Origin: a phage
Sequence record: PX915678.1
Direction: 5' to 3' (one strand)
DNA: 64,000 nucleotides
Below, one piece after another: positions 27,498 to 36,846 of this stretch (positions are counted from its first letter, which is position 1; each line of letters starts with the position of its first letter). The notes beneath the pieces were generated by a model that saw only the letters and a program-made list of their open reading frames with translations, did no database searches and had not been told where the DNA came from. The position numbers were made by a program, and so were the translations under genes.

Positions 27498-28592
27498 ATG
27501 GCAATTGTTAAAGAAATAACTGCTGATTTAATTAAAAAGTCTGGCGAGACAATTTCAGCTGGACAGAGTACTAAATCAGAAGTAGGAACTAAAACATACA
27601 CAGCCCAGTTTCCAACTGGGCGTGCTAGTGGAAATGACACTACAGGGGACTTCCAGGTAACAGATCTATATAAGAATGGATTATTATTTACTGCATACAA
27701 TATGTCATCTAGGGATTCTGGAAGTCTCAGAACGATGAGATCTAACTACTCTTCTTCATCTTCTAGTATTTTACGTACAGCCAGAAACACTATCAGTAAT
27801 ACAGTATCAAAACTGTCAAATGGATTAATATCAGATAATAATTCAGGAACAATAAGTAAAGTTCCTGTTGCAAATATTCTTTTACCGAGATCTAAATCCG
27901 ATGTTGATACATCATCACATAGATTTAACGATGTTCAAGATAGTCTTATTACAAAAGGTGGAGGTACTGCTACTGGCGTGTTAAGCAATATGGCTTCAAC
28001 TGCAGTATTTGGAGCACTGGAAAGTATAACACAAGGTATAATGGCTGATAATAATGAACAGATTTATACGACAGCCAGAAGTATGTATGGTGGTGCTGAG
28101 AATAGAACTAAAGTGTTCACTTGGGATTTGACTCCGCGTTCCACGGAAGATTTAATGGCTATTATTAATATCTATCAATATTTTAACTATTTTTCTTATG
28201 GTGAAACAGGTAAATCTCAATATGCTGCTGAAATAAAAGGATATCTAGATGAGTGGTATCGCTCTACTTTTATTGAGCCATTAACTCCAGAAGATGCAGT
28301 TAAAAATAAGACGTTATTTGAGAAAATGACATCGAGTTTAACTAACGTTCTTGTAGTTTCAAACCCGACAATTTGGATGGTTAAAAACTTTGGCGCAACT
28401 TCTAAATTTGACGGAAAAACAGAAGTGTTTGGACCGTGTCAAATTCAAAGTATTAGATTTGATAAAACTCCGAATGGTAATTTTAACGGATTAGCTATTG
28501 CTCCTAACCTTCCAAGTTCTTTTACACTCGAGATTACTATGAGAGAGATTATCACGTTAAACCGTGCTTCTTTATATACGGGGACTTTCTAA
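27498..28592 (+). CDS. 48: baseplate tail-tube junction protein gp48
   Basis: 364-aa ORF; T4 gp48 size and order. Confidence 0.9.
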   Translation: MAIVKEITADLIKKSGETISAGQSTKSEVGTKTYTAQFPTGRASGNDTTGDFQVTDLYKNGLLFTAYNMSSRDSGSLRTMRSNYSSSSSSILRTARNTISNTVSKLSNGLISDNNSGTISKVPVANILLPRSKSDVDTSSHRFNDVQDSLITKGGGTATGVLSNMASTAVFGALESITQGIMADNNEQIYTTARSMYGGAENRTKVFTWDLTPRSTEDLMAIINIYQYFNYFSYGETGKSQYAAEIKGYLDEWYRSTFIEPLTPEDAVKNKTLFEKMTSSLTNVLVVSNPTIWMVKNFGATSKFDGKTEVFGPCQIQSIRFDKTPNGNFNGLAIAPNLPSSFTLEITMREIITLNRASLYTGTF

Positions 28593-29557
28593 TGTATTCT
28601 TTAGAGGAATTTAATAACCAAGCAATAAACGCAGACTTCCAACGTAATAATATGTTTAGCTGCGTTTTTGCCACTACTCCATCAACTAAAAGCTCATCAT
28701 TAATAAGCTCAATTAGTAACTTTGCTTATAACAACTTGGGGCTAAATTCAGACTGGTTAGGATTGTCTCAAGGCGATATTAATCAGGGAATTACCACGCT
28801 AATTACTGCTGGCACACAAAAACTGATAAGAAAATCAGGGGTTAGTAAATATCTTATTGGTGCAATGAGTCAACGCACAGTTCAAAGTTTATTAGGTTCA
28901 TTTACAGTTGGTACATATTTAATTGACTTCTTTAACATGGCATATAACTCATCTGGATTGATGATATATTCTGTAAAAATGCCAGAGAATAGATTATCCT
29001 ATGAAACTGACTGGAACTATAACTCTCCTAATATTCGTATAACTGGGAGAGAATTAGACCCTTTGGTTATTTCATTTAGAATGGATTCAGAAGCTTGTAA
29101 CTATCGTGCAATGCAAGACTGGGTTAACGCTGTTCAAGACCCAGTAACTGGACTGCGTGCTTTGCCGCAAGATGTCGAGGCAGATATTCAGGTTAATCTT
29201 CATGCTCGTAATGGATTACCTCATACTGCAGTGATGTTCACCGGATGCATTCCAATGTCAGTGAGCGCTCCTGAGTTATCATATGATGGAGATAACCAAA
29301 TAACTACGTTTGATGTTACTTTTGCGTATAGAGTCATGCAGGCTGGAGCAGTTGATAGACAAGCTGCCCTTGAATGGCTTGAATCTGCTGCTATAAACGG
29401 TATTCAAAGCGTTCTCGGAAATAGTGGAGGTGTTACTGGATTATCTAATTCGCTTTCACGACTTAGTAGATTAGGGGGAACTGCTGGAAGCATTTCAAAC
29501 ATTAATACTATGACAGGAATTGTCAATTCGCAAAGTAAAATATTAGGAGCAATATAA
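28592..29557 (+). CDS. 54: baseplate tail-tube initiator gp54
   Basis: 321-aa ORF; ATG overlaps gene 48 stop; hairpin terminator downstream. Confidence 0.9.
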   Translation: MYSLEEFNNQAINADFQRNNMFSCVFATTPSTKSSSLISSISNFAYNNLGLNSDWLGLSQGDINQGITTLITAGTQKLIRKSGVSKYLIGAMSQRTVQSLLGSFTVGTYLIDFFNMAYNSSGLMIYSVKMPENRLSYETDWNYNSPNIRITGRELDPLVISFRMDSEACNYRAMQDWVNAVQDPVTGLRALPQDVEADIQVNLHARNGLPHTAVMFTGCIPMSVSAPELSYDGDNQITTFDVTFAYRVMQAGAVDRQAALEWLESAAINGIQSVLGNSGGVTGLSNSLSRLSRLGGTAGSISNINTMTGIVNSQSKILGAI

Positions 29558-29560
29558 CAA

Positions 29561-29590
29561 TGGGGACCGAAAGGTCCCCATATTTTTATT
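29561..29590 (+). terminator. intrinsic terminator after gene 54
   Basis: TGGGGACC-GAAA-GGTCCCCA hairpin followed by TATTTTTATTT. Confidence 0.75.
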
Positions 29591-29876
29591 TACGGAATGA
29601 AATGAAAGCAGCAACTGAAGCAACTAAACTGTCTTCAATATAAACTTCAATTTTTACCGGAGCTTCTGACTCAAATTTACCTGTTACTACACCTTGGAAA
29701 ATGCTTTCAGTCTGTTCTGGCTTTGAAAAATTTTCAGAAGGAAAAATTCCGAACTTTTTATCTGTTCCAAAAATTTTGATAAATTCATCATAAACTGCTT
29801 CATTAAAAGCGTTATCAGCAGGAATAACGCCTTCAACTACAAGTTCTTGACCTAAAAAGCGTAAAGAAGATTTCAT
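29586..29876 (-). CDS. hypothetical protein (alt-downstream ORF)
   Basis: 96-aa ORF immediately downstream of an early-promoter cassette. Confidence 0.6.
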   Translation of the reverse strand: MKSSLRFLGQELVVEGVIPADNAFNEAVYDEFIKIFGTDKKFGIFPSENFSKPEQTESIFQGVVTGKFESEAPVKIEVYIEDSLVASVAAFISFRK

Positions 29877-29907
29877 TTTGTGTTCCTCATGTTATGTCAG
29901 TAAGATT

Positions 29908-29937
29908 ACTATAACACAACACGAGGGACTTGTAAAC
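29908..29937 (-). promoter_or_regulatory. early sigma70-type promoter, repeat copy 1
   Basis: Minus strand GTTTACA - 17 nt with TGt - TATAGT; the -35 overlaps the stop of the alt paralogue. Confidence 0.65.
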
Positions 29938-31994
29938 TACATCTTGAACTTTTTAGACATTCCGTTGATGTTAACCAAAGAAGCCAAGATTTGAGAAACT
30001 TCGTTTTCCTCTTCTTTTGATTCTTCTACAAGGAATTGATTAAATCCAGCCATTGGACGAACTTCACCAGTTTCCATTAGATGATCGCCATCATATACCG
30101 ATTCTTCTAATTGTTCAGAAGGAGGAACGATTGTGCCTTCGATTAGATACTTGTTATAAGCAGTTTCTTTCATCATGTACGTGCTTACTTTATTAATCTT
30201 CAACAAAATTCCACGCGGTAGAATAACTTCAGCTTCTGATGGAAATCCTGATAAATGACCTGGAACGATAACTTTAATTCGCTCAGCTCCTTTTATTACC
30301 ATACCTACGCTAGTTTCAGCATCTTCATTCGCATAAGCAGAGTGACTACCCATATGCATTAAATCTTCAGCATCAACTGAACCTTCTCCTTCGCCAGAAA
30401 ATACTGCACCGGAATCATCTAGAGCCATATAGTTTTTACCATGCTCACCGAAGATATTTGGTTTAAGTGATGTGGATACGAAGTTCTTGAAATAGAACAT
30501 TTTGTTTTCAATATTATGACGTAAAGTTTTAAAAGTAACTTCTTGTCCACGATAAAGCGTAGTTCCTGGAGGAAGAACTGATCCTTTGGCGAATGCAGAA
30601 TCCATCGTCTCGATGTGTTTAATAGCTCGTTCCATGTATTCTTCACGGGTAGAATCTGGTTTACCCAAGAGGAACGAGTTCATTTCAACATATGAATCTG
30701 CACAATAATCTTCTATTACATCAGACTCAGCCTGAGTTAATCCTTTTGGAGTTACTTCGGTGCTTGCGTATTCATATGCCTGAGCAGCAGATTCATTAAT
30801 TAATTTATAAATGCCATTCATGACAAATTGAATAATAGCTACCTTTTCGTCTGGCGTGGCTTTAGAACCTTTAACTAAATCATTGATAATTTTTTTAATA
30901 ACATCAAAGCTATTAGAAATATTAATGTCAGCGAGATCGCTCAAAATTTTATCGGTTTTATAATCAAAAAATTCTTTATTCTTTAAATATTCTTGAGAAC
31001 CTTGATGTGTTATATCGCTCTGCAGTCTGATAGACGGATCACGTAAACGTGCATGGGCCAATGCAATATGATTTCGGAAGCTTTCTAGTTCATAATCGTT
31101 AGATTTAAAACGAGAAGCACTTCTCATACCACCGATAGCTCCTTTGCCGAAGTTTGAACCAATCTGAATAACGCCAGAGTTCATTGGTCCTTCTGCTTTA
31201 TATACCGGAACTTTAGATTCAAACTCTTGATATTTCTTAGCAGCGAAGCTATCGCCCTGGAGTGAAGCATCGACAGTAGAATATTGAGCTTGTGCTGCTA
31301 ATCGACGACTAATTTTAGTTTTCTGAATAACAGCTTGATCCGTGCGCTTATCATTTTCTAAAGCAATAGAAGCAGCAACAGCAACAGCTTTAGGAACAGC
31401 ATTACCTGTTTTGACATCTACATAAACATCACCAACCTTTGATTCAACTTTTGTGAATAACTCAGTTGAAATAGGAGGTACACCTGGAATGTCTTCTAAA
31501 TTGGCATTTTTACGGTAAACCATAATATATGCATACTTTTTATCGTAATCCCAGATTTCCTTTAAAAGAACATATCGACCTGCTCCTTTAGTACGTACTA
31601 AACGGTCAGCAATAACTTGCATTTGACGAGCAGCTCCATTTGTTTTACTTTTTAGTACGCGGAATAGGCATGCGTCAATTTTATACTGTTTCATTGTTTG
31701 AAGAGCAGTATCAAAAACCGCATTAATGACACCAATTGGATTTCCACCCAAGTTTTTAAGTTTAACTAATGATAGTTTCTCATTAACACCTATCATTACG
31801 ATATGCATCATTTTATCGCCTGGCTTAACGTTTTTATTTGTATCACCGCCAGAGGTGTATGTACAAAATCTAAATCCAGGAAGCACACTTTCTTCGCCGG
31901 CTTGAATAGCAAAAATTTGAGGTATTTTATGCTTAGGATTTAAGTTAACAACCGGCGCCGAAGCGCCGTCAAATAATTCTGTAATAAGTTCCAT
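29937..31994 (-). CDS. Alt-like ADP-ribosyltransferase, diverged tandem paralogue
   Basis: 685-aa ORF; N-terminus MELITELFDGASAPVVNLNPKHKIPQIF parallels the upstream alt; retains R/STS/ExE motifs (TLYRGQ...FVSTSLKPNIF...SEAEVILPRG). Confidence 0.88.
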   Translation of the reverse strand: MELITELFDGASAPVVNLNPKHKIPQIFAIQAGEESVLPGFRFCTYTSGGDTNKNVKPGDKMMHIVMIGVNEKLSLVKLKNLGGNPIGVINAVFDTALQTMKQYKIDACLFRVLKSKTNGAARQMQVIADRLVRTKGAGRYVLLKEIWDYDKKYAYIMVYRKNANLEDIPGVPPISTELFTKVESKVGDVYVDVKTGNAVPKAVAVAASIALENDKRTDQAVIQKTKISRRLAAQAQYSTVDASLQGDSFAAKKYQEFESKVPVYKAEGPMNSGVIQIGSNFGKGAIGGMRSASRFKSNDYELESFRNHIALAHARLRDPSIRLQSDITHQGSQEYLKNKEFFDYKTDKILSDLADINISNSFDVIKKIINDLVKGSKATPDEKVAIIQFVMNGIYKLINESAAQAYEYASTEVTPKGLTQAESDVIEDYCADSYVEMNSFLLGKPDSTREEYMERAIKHIETMDSAFAKGSVLPPGTTLYRGQEVTFKTLRHNIENKMFYFKNFVSTSLKPNIFGEHGKNYMALDDSGAVFSGEGEGSVDAEDLMHMGSHSAYANEDAETSVGMVIKGAERIKVIVPGHLSGFPSEAEVILPRGILLKINKVSTYMMKETAYNKYLIEGTIVPPSEQLEESVYDGDHLMETGEVRPMAGFNQFLVEESKEEENEVSQILASLVNINGMSKKFKM

Positions 31995-31997
31995 GAT

Positions 31998-34055
31998 TTA
32001 TCCTTGAACGAACTTGTAAGGCATGTTTGTAATATCTATGCAAGACGCAATAATTCCAAGAGATGATTCTACTTTTTGTTTAACATTTGATGAAACAAAT
32101 GATGCAAAGTCAACTCTGTCTTCTATTTCAATATCACCTGTCATTGCAACTACTTCACCAGTTTCCATTAGACGATCACCGTCATAAATTACTGATTCGG
32201 TGAGTTCTTCCGTAGTCATAACTTCAGCTTGAATAAGCTTGTTGTTAGTTTTAGCTGTTCCATCATTGTAAGATGCATCGGTTATTTTATTAACTTTGAC
32301 CATTAATCCACGTGGTAAAATGACTTCCATTTCATTTGAAGGCGCTAAACTTCCACCTGGTAAAACAACGTTGACTTTATCAGCCCCAGTAATAACCCAT
32401 CCAATTCCAACTAAATTATCGCTAGAATTAACAAGTCCTTCATCGTTTTTATCGATAGAAATGTTTAGACGCTTTTCGTCTGGTAAAACACCCACAGCTG
32501 AATCAGTCATCCAAGTACCAAAAATGTTTGGATATAATGATGTTGATACAAAATTTCTAAAATAAAAAACTCGATTTTTTACCAATGCTTCATATATTGA
32601 AGGTAACATTCGCTGTGAACGATATAAAGTAATACCTTTTGGCAGTCGATCACCATTTTTAAAGGCTGAATCTAAATTATCGATGGCTTGTTCTATTTCT
32701 GGTGCTGTTAAAATACTTGTACGTTCATCTGGATTATATAATCCCAAAAGAGCATTATTCATGTCTACATATCCTGAACCTACGTATTCACGAATTCCAC
32801 GTTTTTGTGCCGGTGTGTATTTAGACGGATCTTTATTTTCGACTATAGAATGCAATGACCATCCAACGGTAAGAGCATATCCACGTAATTCTCTTCGAAT
32901 AATCTTTGTTTTTATTGCATTCCAAGAATTTTGTACTAACTCATTCGCAGCATCTTGATTTAAATGCGAATGCTTGTTAATATTTCTTTCTAACCAAGCA
33001 CCTTTATATTTTTCTAAAGTATCATCGACTATAGAAGCAATAGTTTCTAAAGTTTTTATTGAAGTAATAGATTCTTTTCGTAATCTTTCTAAAGCTTTAT
33101 TTTTTATTTCTGCATTAACATCAGATTCTTTATCTTCAGGAATTATAGAAGCTTCTCTGAATGCCATTCCAGCTGTAACACTATTAAGAGCATTCTCTAA
33201 TGCAAATCCTGAAGTAGAAATAACAGTTAATTCATTAGCATCAGAAATTAAAGGCGCGTCAGCGGGTTTATTTAATTCTGCTGCTGAAGCCTCAAATTTT
33301 TGAAACATTGGTGTTTCAAATCTGGAAGATTCTAACGATTGACTTTGTGCAATTGCTCTACGGGAAATTTTAACTTTAACGATTACAGCTTGGTCAGAAC
33401 GTTTATCGTTTTCTTGTGCAATAGATGCTGCAATTGCCTCATTTTTAGTTACTTGAGCTCCGGTATCTTTATTGATATAAACATCACCGACTTTCGATTC
33501 AACTTTAGTAAAGAGCTCGGTACTAATTTCCGGAACTCCTGGAATGTCTTCTAGTGATACATTTTTGCGATGTATAAGAATATATGCATACTTTTTATCG
33601 TAATCCCAGAGTTCCTTAAGAAGGACGTATCTGCCACCTGAACGACTACGGATAAGTCTATCAGCAATAAGTTGAATTTGACGAGCTTGACCAGCAGTTT
33701 TAGACTTAAGAATACGGAGCATGCAGGCATCAATTTTATACTGACGCATCGTCTGCATCGCAACAGTAAAAACTGAATTGATGTAATTAATTGGGCTTGG
33801 ACCGAGACCTTTTAATTTAGCAATTGAACCTTTGGCAGTTAATGTAAAAGGAACAATATGCATCATTTTATCGCCCATCTTTAAATCGCGATTAGTATCA
33901 CCTCCAGATGTATAGGTACATAAACGAAAGCCTGGCTGTTCAATTGCGTCATCAACATGAACTGAAAAAATTTGTGGTATTTTCTTCTTTGGATTTAAGT
34001 TTGTAATCGGAAGAGTAGTATCTTCGTCAAATAATTCTGTAATGAGTTCCATCAT
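31998..34055 (-). CDS. alt: ADP-ribosyltransferase Alt (packaged internal head protein)
   Basis: 685-aa ORF recalled as very close to T4 Alt; ART motifs YRSQ...FVSTSLYPNIF...EMEVILPRG; minus-strand TATAAATA upstream. True start may be the second Met (34052). Confidence 0.93.
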   Translation of the reverse strand: MMELITELFDEDTTLPITNLNPKKKIPQIFSVHVDDAIEQPGFRLCTYTSGGDTNRDLKMGDKMMHIVPFTLTAKGSIAKLKGLGPSPINYINSVFTVAMQTMRQYKIDACMLRILKSKTAGQARQIQLIADRLIRSRSGGRYVLLKELWDYDKKYAYILIHRKNVSLEDIPGVPEISTELFTKVESKVGDVYINKDTGAQVTKNEAIAASIAQENDKRSDQAVIVKVKISRRAIAQSQSLESSRFETPMFQKFEASAAELNKPADAPLISDANELTVISTSGFALENALNSVTAGMAFREASIIPEDKESDVNAEIKNKALERLRKESITSIKTLETIASIVDDTLEKYKGAWLERNINKHSHLNQDAANELVQNSWNAIKTKIIRRELRGYALTVGWSLHSIVENKDPSKYTPAQKRGIREYVGSGYVDMNNALLGLYNPDERTSILTAPEIEQAIDNLDSAFKNGDRLPKGITLYRSQRMLPSIYEALVKNRVFYFRNFVSTSLYPNIFGTWMTDSAVGVLPDEKRLNISIDKNDEGLVNSSDNLVGIGWVITGADKVNVVLPGGSLAPSNEMEVILPRGLMVKVNKITDASYNDGTAKTNNKLIQAEVMTTEELTESVIYDGDRLMETGEVVAMTGDIEIEDRVDFASFVSSNVKQKVESSLGIIASCIDITNMPYKFVQG

Positions 34056-34075
34056 ATCCTCTCTAGTGTTTATTC

Positions 34076-34083
34076 TATTTATA
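34076..34083 (-). promoter_or_regulatory. late promoter (TATAAATA, minus strand) for alt
   Basis: Plus-strand TATTTATA about 21 nt upstream of the alt ATG. Confidence 0.65.
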
Positions 34084-34090
34084 AAATTAA

Positions 34091-34104
34091 AGGCCCGAAG
34101 GCCT
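34091..34104. terminator. GC hairpin between alt and the 62-aa ORF
   Basis: AGGCC-CGAA-GGCCT stem-loop flanked by AT-rich sequence. Confidence 0.45.
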
Positions 34105-34293
34105 TTAATAATCTATTGGTAAGAGAGTACGATATATTTCAAACTTTGGACCTTTTTCATAGGTATCAAATGTTTCTGTGAATTTATTATAAGCATATGC
34201 ATCTATAAATTCAATCATAATTTGTGATACAGAAGTAGAAACATCTCCGCCTTCTTTTTGAGCAACGACAATTGTTTCTAAGTAAGCTTTCAT
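34105..34293 (-). CDS. hypothetical small protein
   Basis: 62-aa ORF whose stop lies just before the alt late promoter; start overlaps the ligase stop. Confidence 0.55.
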   Translation of the reverse strand: MKAYLETIVVAQKEGGDVSTSVSQIMIEFIDAYAYNKFTETFDTYEKGPKFEIYRTLLPIDY

Positions 34294-35750
34294 AGACCAG
34301 TTACCTCATGAAAATCACCAAATACATCCTCGAATGTATTAGCTTTAGTTTTATCTTCACGTAAACGAATCGCAATCGGAAGAAATAATTTAACGTAATC
34401 AGTGCGGCCGTCAGATTTTAACCAACCATTGCATTCACATTCTAGAATTTTTCCAATATAATAATTTTGGTTTTCCATAATGCGAGTACGGTCAAGTTCA
34501 TGCGATTTTACACCGGCTTTATCTTTTAAGCCTGAACCAGCATTTACTTTAATTTTTCCACACTCTGATTCAAGAATAAATCCACCCGCTTTAGTTGGGT
34601 CTTTACGGTGAGGATAAATTCCTACAATTTTTAAATCAACATCAATTACTTCTTTAAATTTATAGAGATTTTTTGAACGAGAATTTTCCCATAATCCATC
34701 AATATTTTTGAGAATAATACCTTCAAGACCTTGGTCAATATACTTTTTATAAATTACCTTAGCTTCATCTAGGTTATTTACTACCTGGTTTTCAATTAAA
34801 ATTACTTTATCATATCCTGATGTCATTTGTTCTAGTTTAGAAAAACGTACATCATATTTTAAACGAAACGCCGGAAGACCGTATATTTCTACCAATGGGA
34901 CATAATCCCAGACCTGAAACTTCATGCATTTGGCTTCTTTTTCTGAAATAGTTCCCTTTAAAGATTTATTGGCGATTCCATTAGAAGCAGTACGTGATTC
35001 AGCTACTTCGGCAAACTCTTTGACTTTACTATTTTCAGGAGTATCAAAAAGAAAATCTAGGCCTTCTGGCTCCTTTTCAACTTGCTCATGGTATACCAAT
35101 TCGCCATCGATTAAAACACCTTCTGGATGAATCTGGCGGGCTTCAGCGGTCATTTTGATTAACTCTTCCTTAAGAAGATCTAATCCTAGATATTCATTAC
35201 CAGCTCGTGATAAAAGACGAACATCATCTAATTCATCGCCTCGGACTTCAGCAAAACACCGAGCTCCATCTGCTTTTAACTGTGCAAAGGCTGGAAATTT
35301 GATATTCTTACTAATGCCTTTTTCATCATAAGAACTTGCCAGCATTTGAGGTTGTTCAGGAATTAAACCTGGCCAAACTTTATTTGCAATAGATACTGAA
35401 GCACCGCATTCAAGATCTCGCATCATCACTCGACGCAAAACTTCAACATCATCCTTTTTACCGTCGGTGATATATCCAGTTAATTCCTCAATTGCCGCAT
35501 TTCCAGTCAATTTCCGAGTAGCTAACGTGAATTCAATGAAGTCAAGCATATCGGTAATAGTCAGCATTCCAAAACTCTGGGTAGCAATACCAGGTTTAGG
35601 CCATTTCTTGATATAATACTGTAACCCACGAGAATAAGTCAGACGATATACTCGTTTAAGCAATTCATTATCTTTATTCTTTTCAAGAATTGCTTGCTTC
35701 TGCTTAGTTGATCCAATAGATGCTATTTCATTCAGAATTTTAAGAATCAT
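34290..35750 (-). CDS. 30: ATP-dependent DNA ligase
   Basis: 486-aa ORF recalled as near-identical to T4 DNA ligase (MILKILNEIASIGSTKQKQAILEKNKDNELLKRVYRL...); adenylation lysine motif KADGAR. Confidence 0.97.
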   Translation of the reverse strand: MILKILNEIASIGSTKQKQAILEKNKDNELLKRVYRLTYSRGLQYYIKKWPKPGIATQSFGMLTITDMLDFIEFTLATRKLTGNAAIEELTGYITDGKKDDVEVLRRVMMRDLECGASVSIANKVWPGLIPEQPQMLASSYDEKGISKNIKFPAFAQLKADGARCFAEVRGDELDDVRLLSRAGNEYLGLDLLKEELIKMTAEARQIHPEGVLIDGELVYHEQVEKEPEGLDFLFDTPENSKVKEFAEVAESRTASNGIANKSLKGTISEKEAKCMKFQVWDYVPLVEIYGLPAFRLKYDVRFSKLEQMTSGYDKVILIENQVVNNLDEAKVIYKKYIDQGLEGIILKNIDGLWENSRSKNLYKFKEVIDVDLKIVGIYPHRKDPTKAGGFILESECGKIKVNAGSGLKDKAGVKSHELDRTRIMENQNYYIGKILECECNGWLKSDGRTDYVKLFLPIAIRLREDKTKANTFEDVFGDFHEVTGL

Positions 35751-36016
35751 TGCTCATCCTTCAAGGTTTGGTTTACAGCTCTATTATAAATCAATTCATC
35801 ATTAAGCTCAGGCAAAGACTTATGATATGTAGTTCTAACTTTATTTCCTTGCATCCAATGCTTGACGTAAATGAAACCTTGCTCTACGCATTTTTTAAAA
35901 ATTCGTTCGTCTTTTTGAGCTCGGAATTCTGGATTGCATCTAAAGAATTGATTTACGTGACCGTAATCACGTGTAGTATTACCTTCATTTTCATAAATAG
36001 TGTGAACGACAAACAT
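35747..36016 (-). CDS. hypothetical protein (30.x island)
   Basis: 89-aa ORF, ATG start, 4-nt overlap with neighbours. Confidence 0.6.
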   Translation of the reverse strand: MFVVHTIYENEGNTTRDYGHVNQFFRCNPEFRAQKDERIFKKCVEQGFIYVKHWMQGNKVRTTYHKSLPELNDELIYNRAVNQTLKDEQ

Positions 36017-36846
36017 TAGAATGCTCCTTGAAAAATATTATCACCACTAGTAGGTCTATTATACAAATACTCTATGCCACCAGGTTTAATATAGTTCCAT
36101 GTCTGAAATGGATGTGTCTGATATGGATGATTATAAGGATTAAATCCAGGCGTTCTCCAGGTAGTGTTCCAAGGAAAAGAATCGTTTTTAACCATCTTCT
36201 CAATTAAATCTTTTATAGCTTTTTCACTATCAAAACTTTCTTTATTTTCCTTCGGTGAAAAAAGCTTATTTTCTACATCATTCCATGTATAAACTCGCTG
36301 AGCAGTTTTTGGAATATTGTCACGCTCTCCTCGAGCCATCCAATAAACAGGAACATTTAATATTTCACTCGCGTGGTCGCAGTGGTGAGCGAGATCGTCA
36401 ATATAACAAATTACGTTATATTTCTCTTTTGCCTTTTTAAACAACTCTTCTTTTGAAGAATCATGACCACACATCATTACTTCTGAGAATGCACCAGGAA
36501 AAAGAGCATTCAAATTAAATTGACGATTCAGCAGAGCGTCAATAGAATCACCCAATGCTGTAACAGCTACAAAATTATAATCTTCTTTTAGTTTGTTAAT
36601 TACACATAGAGCATCTTTATATGGGGATAAGTAACGAATAAAATCTGATCGATTATATTTTTCAATTAACTTGACACCGAGTTCTTCATCACAATTAAAG
36701 AGTTTACCTGGAGAAATAAATTTCTCATCTTGGATCATTTTTAAAATATGTTCTAACGGAAGATTATATTTCTGAGCAAAATAAGGAAGACCTGATTGCC
36801 AGCTTAAACATACTCCATCAATATCAGTTAAAATAGTAGGCTTCAT
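36016..36846 (-). CDS. HAD-superfamily hydrolase-like protein (putative nucleotidase/phosphatase) with C-terminal extension
   Basis: 276-aa ORF; N-terminal HAD motif I (ILTDIDGVCL) and a downstream acidic motif (VICYIDDLAHH); roughly 100 C-terminal residues lack HAD features. Confidence 0.65.
   Translation of the reverse strand: MKPTILTDIDGVCLSWQSGLPYFAQKYNLPLEHILKMIQDEKFISPGKLFNCDEELGVKLIEKYNRSDFIRYLSPYKDALCVINKLKEDYNFVAVTALGDSIDALLNRQFNLNALFPGAFSEVMMCGHDSSKEELFKKAKEKYNVICYIDDLAHHCDHASEILNVPVYWMARGERDNIPKTAQRVYTWNDVENKLFSPKENKESFDSEKAIKDLIEKMVKNDSFPWNTTWRTPGFNPYNHPYQTHPFQTWNYIKPGGIEYLYNRPTSGDNIFQGAF

Noticed and set aside
32296-33763. Several 70-110-aa ORFs antisense to alt
   Set aside because: All lie inside the continuous 685-aa Alt ORF on the opposite strand.
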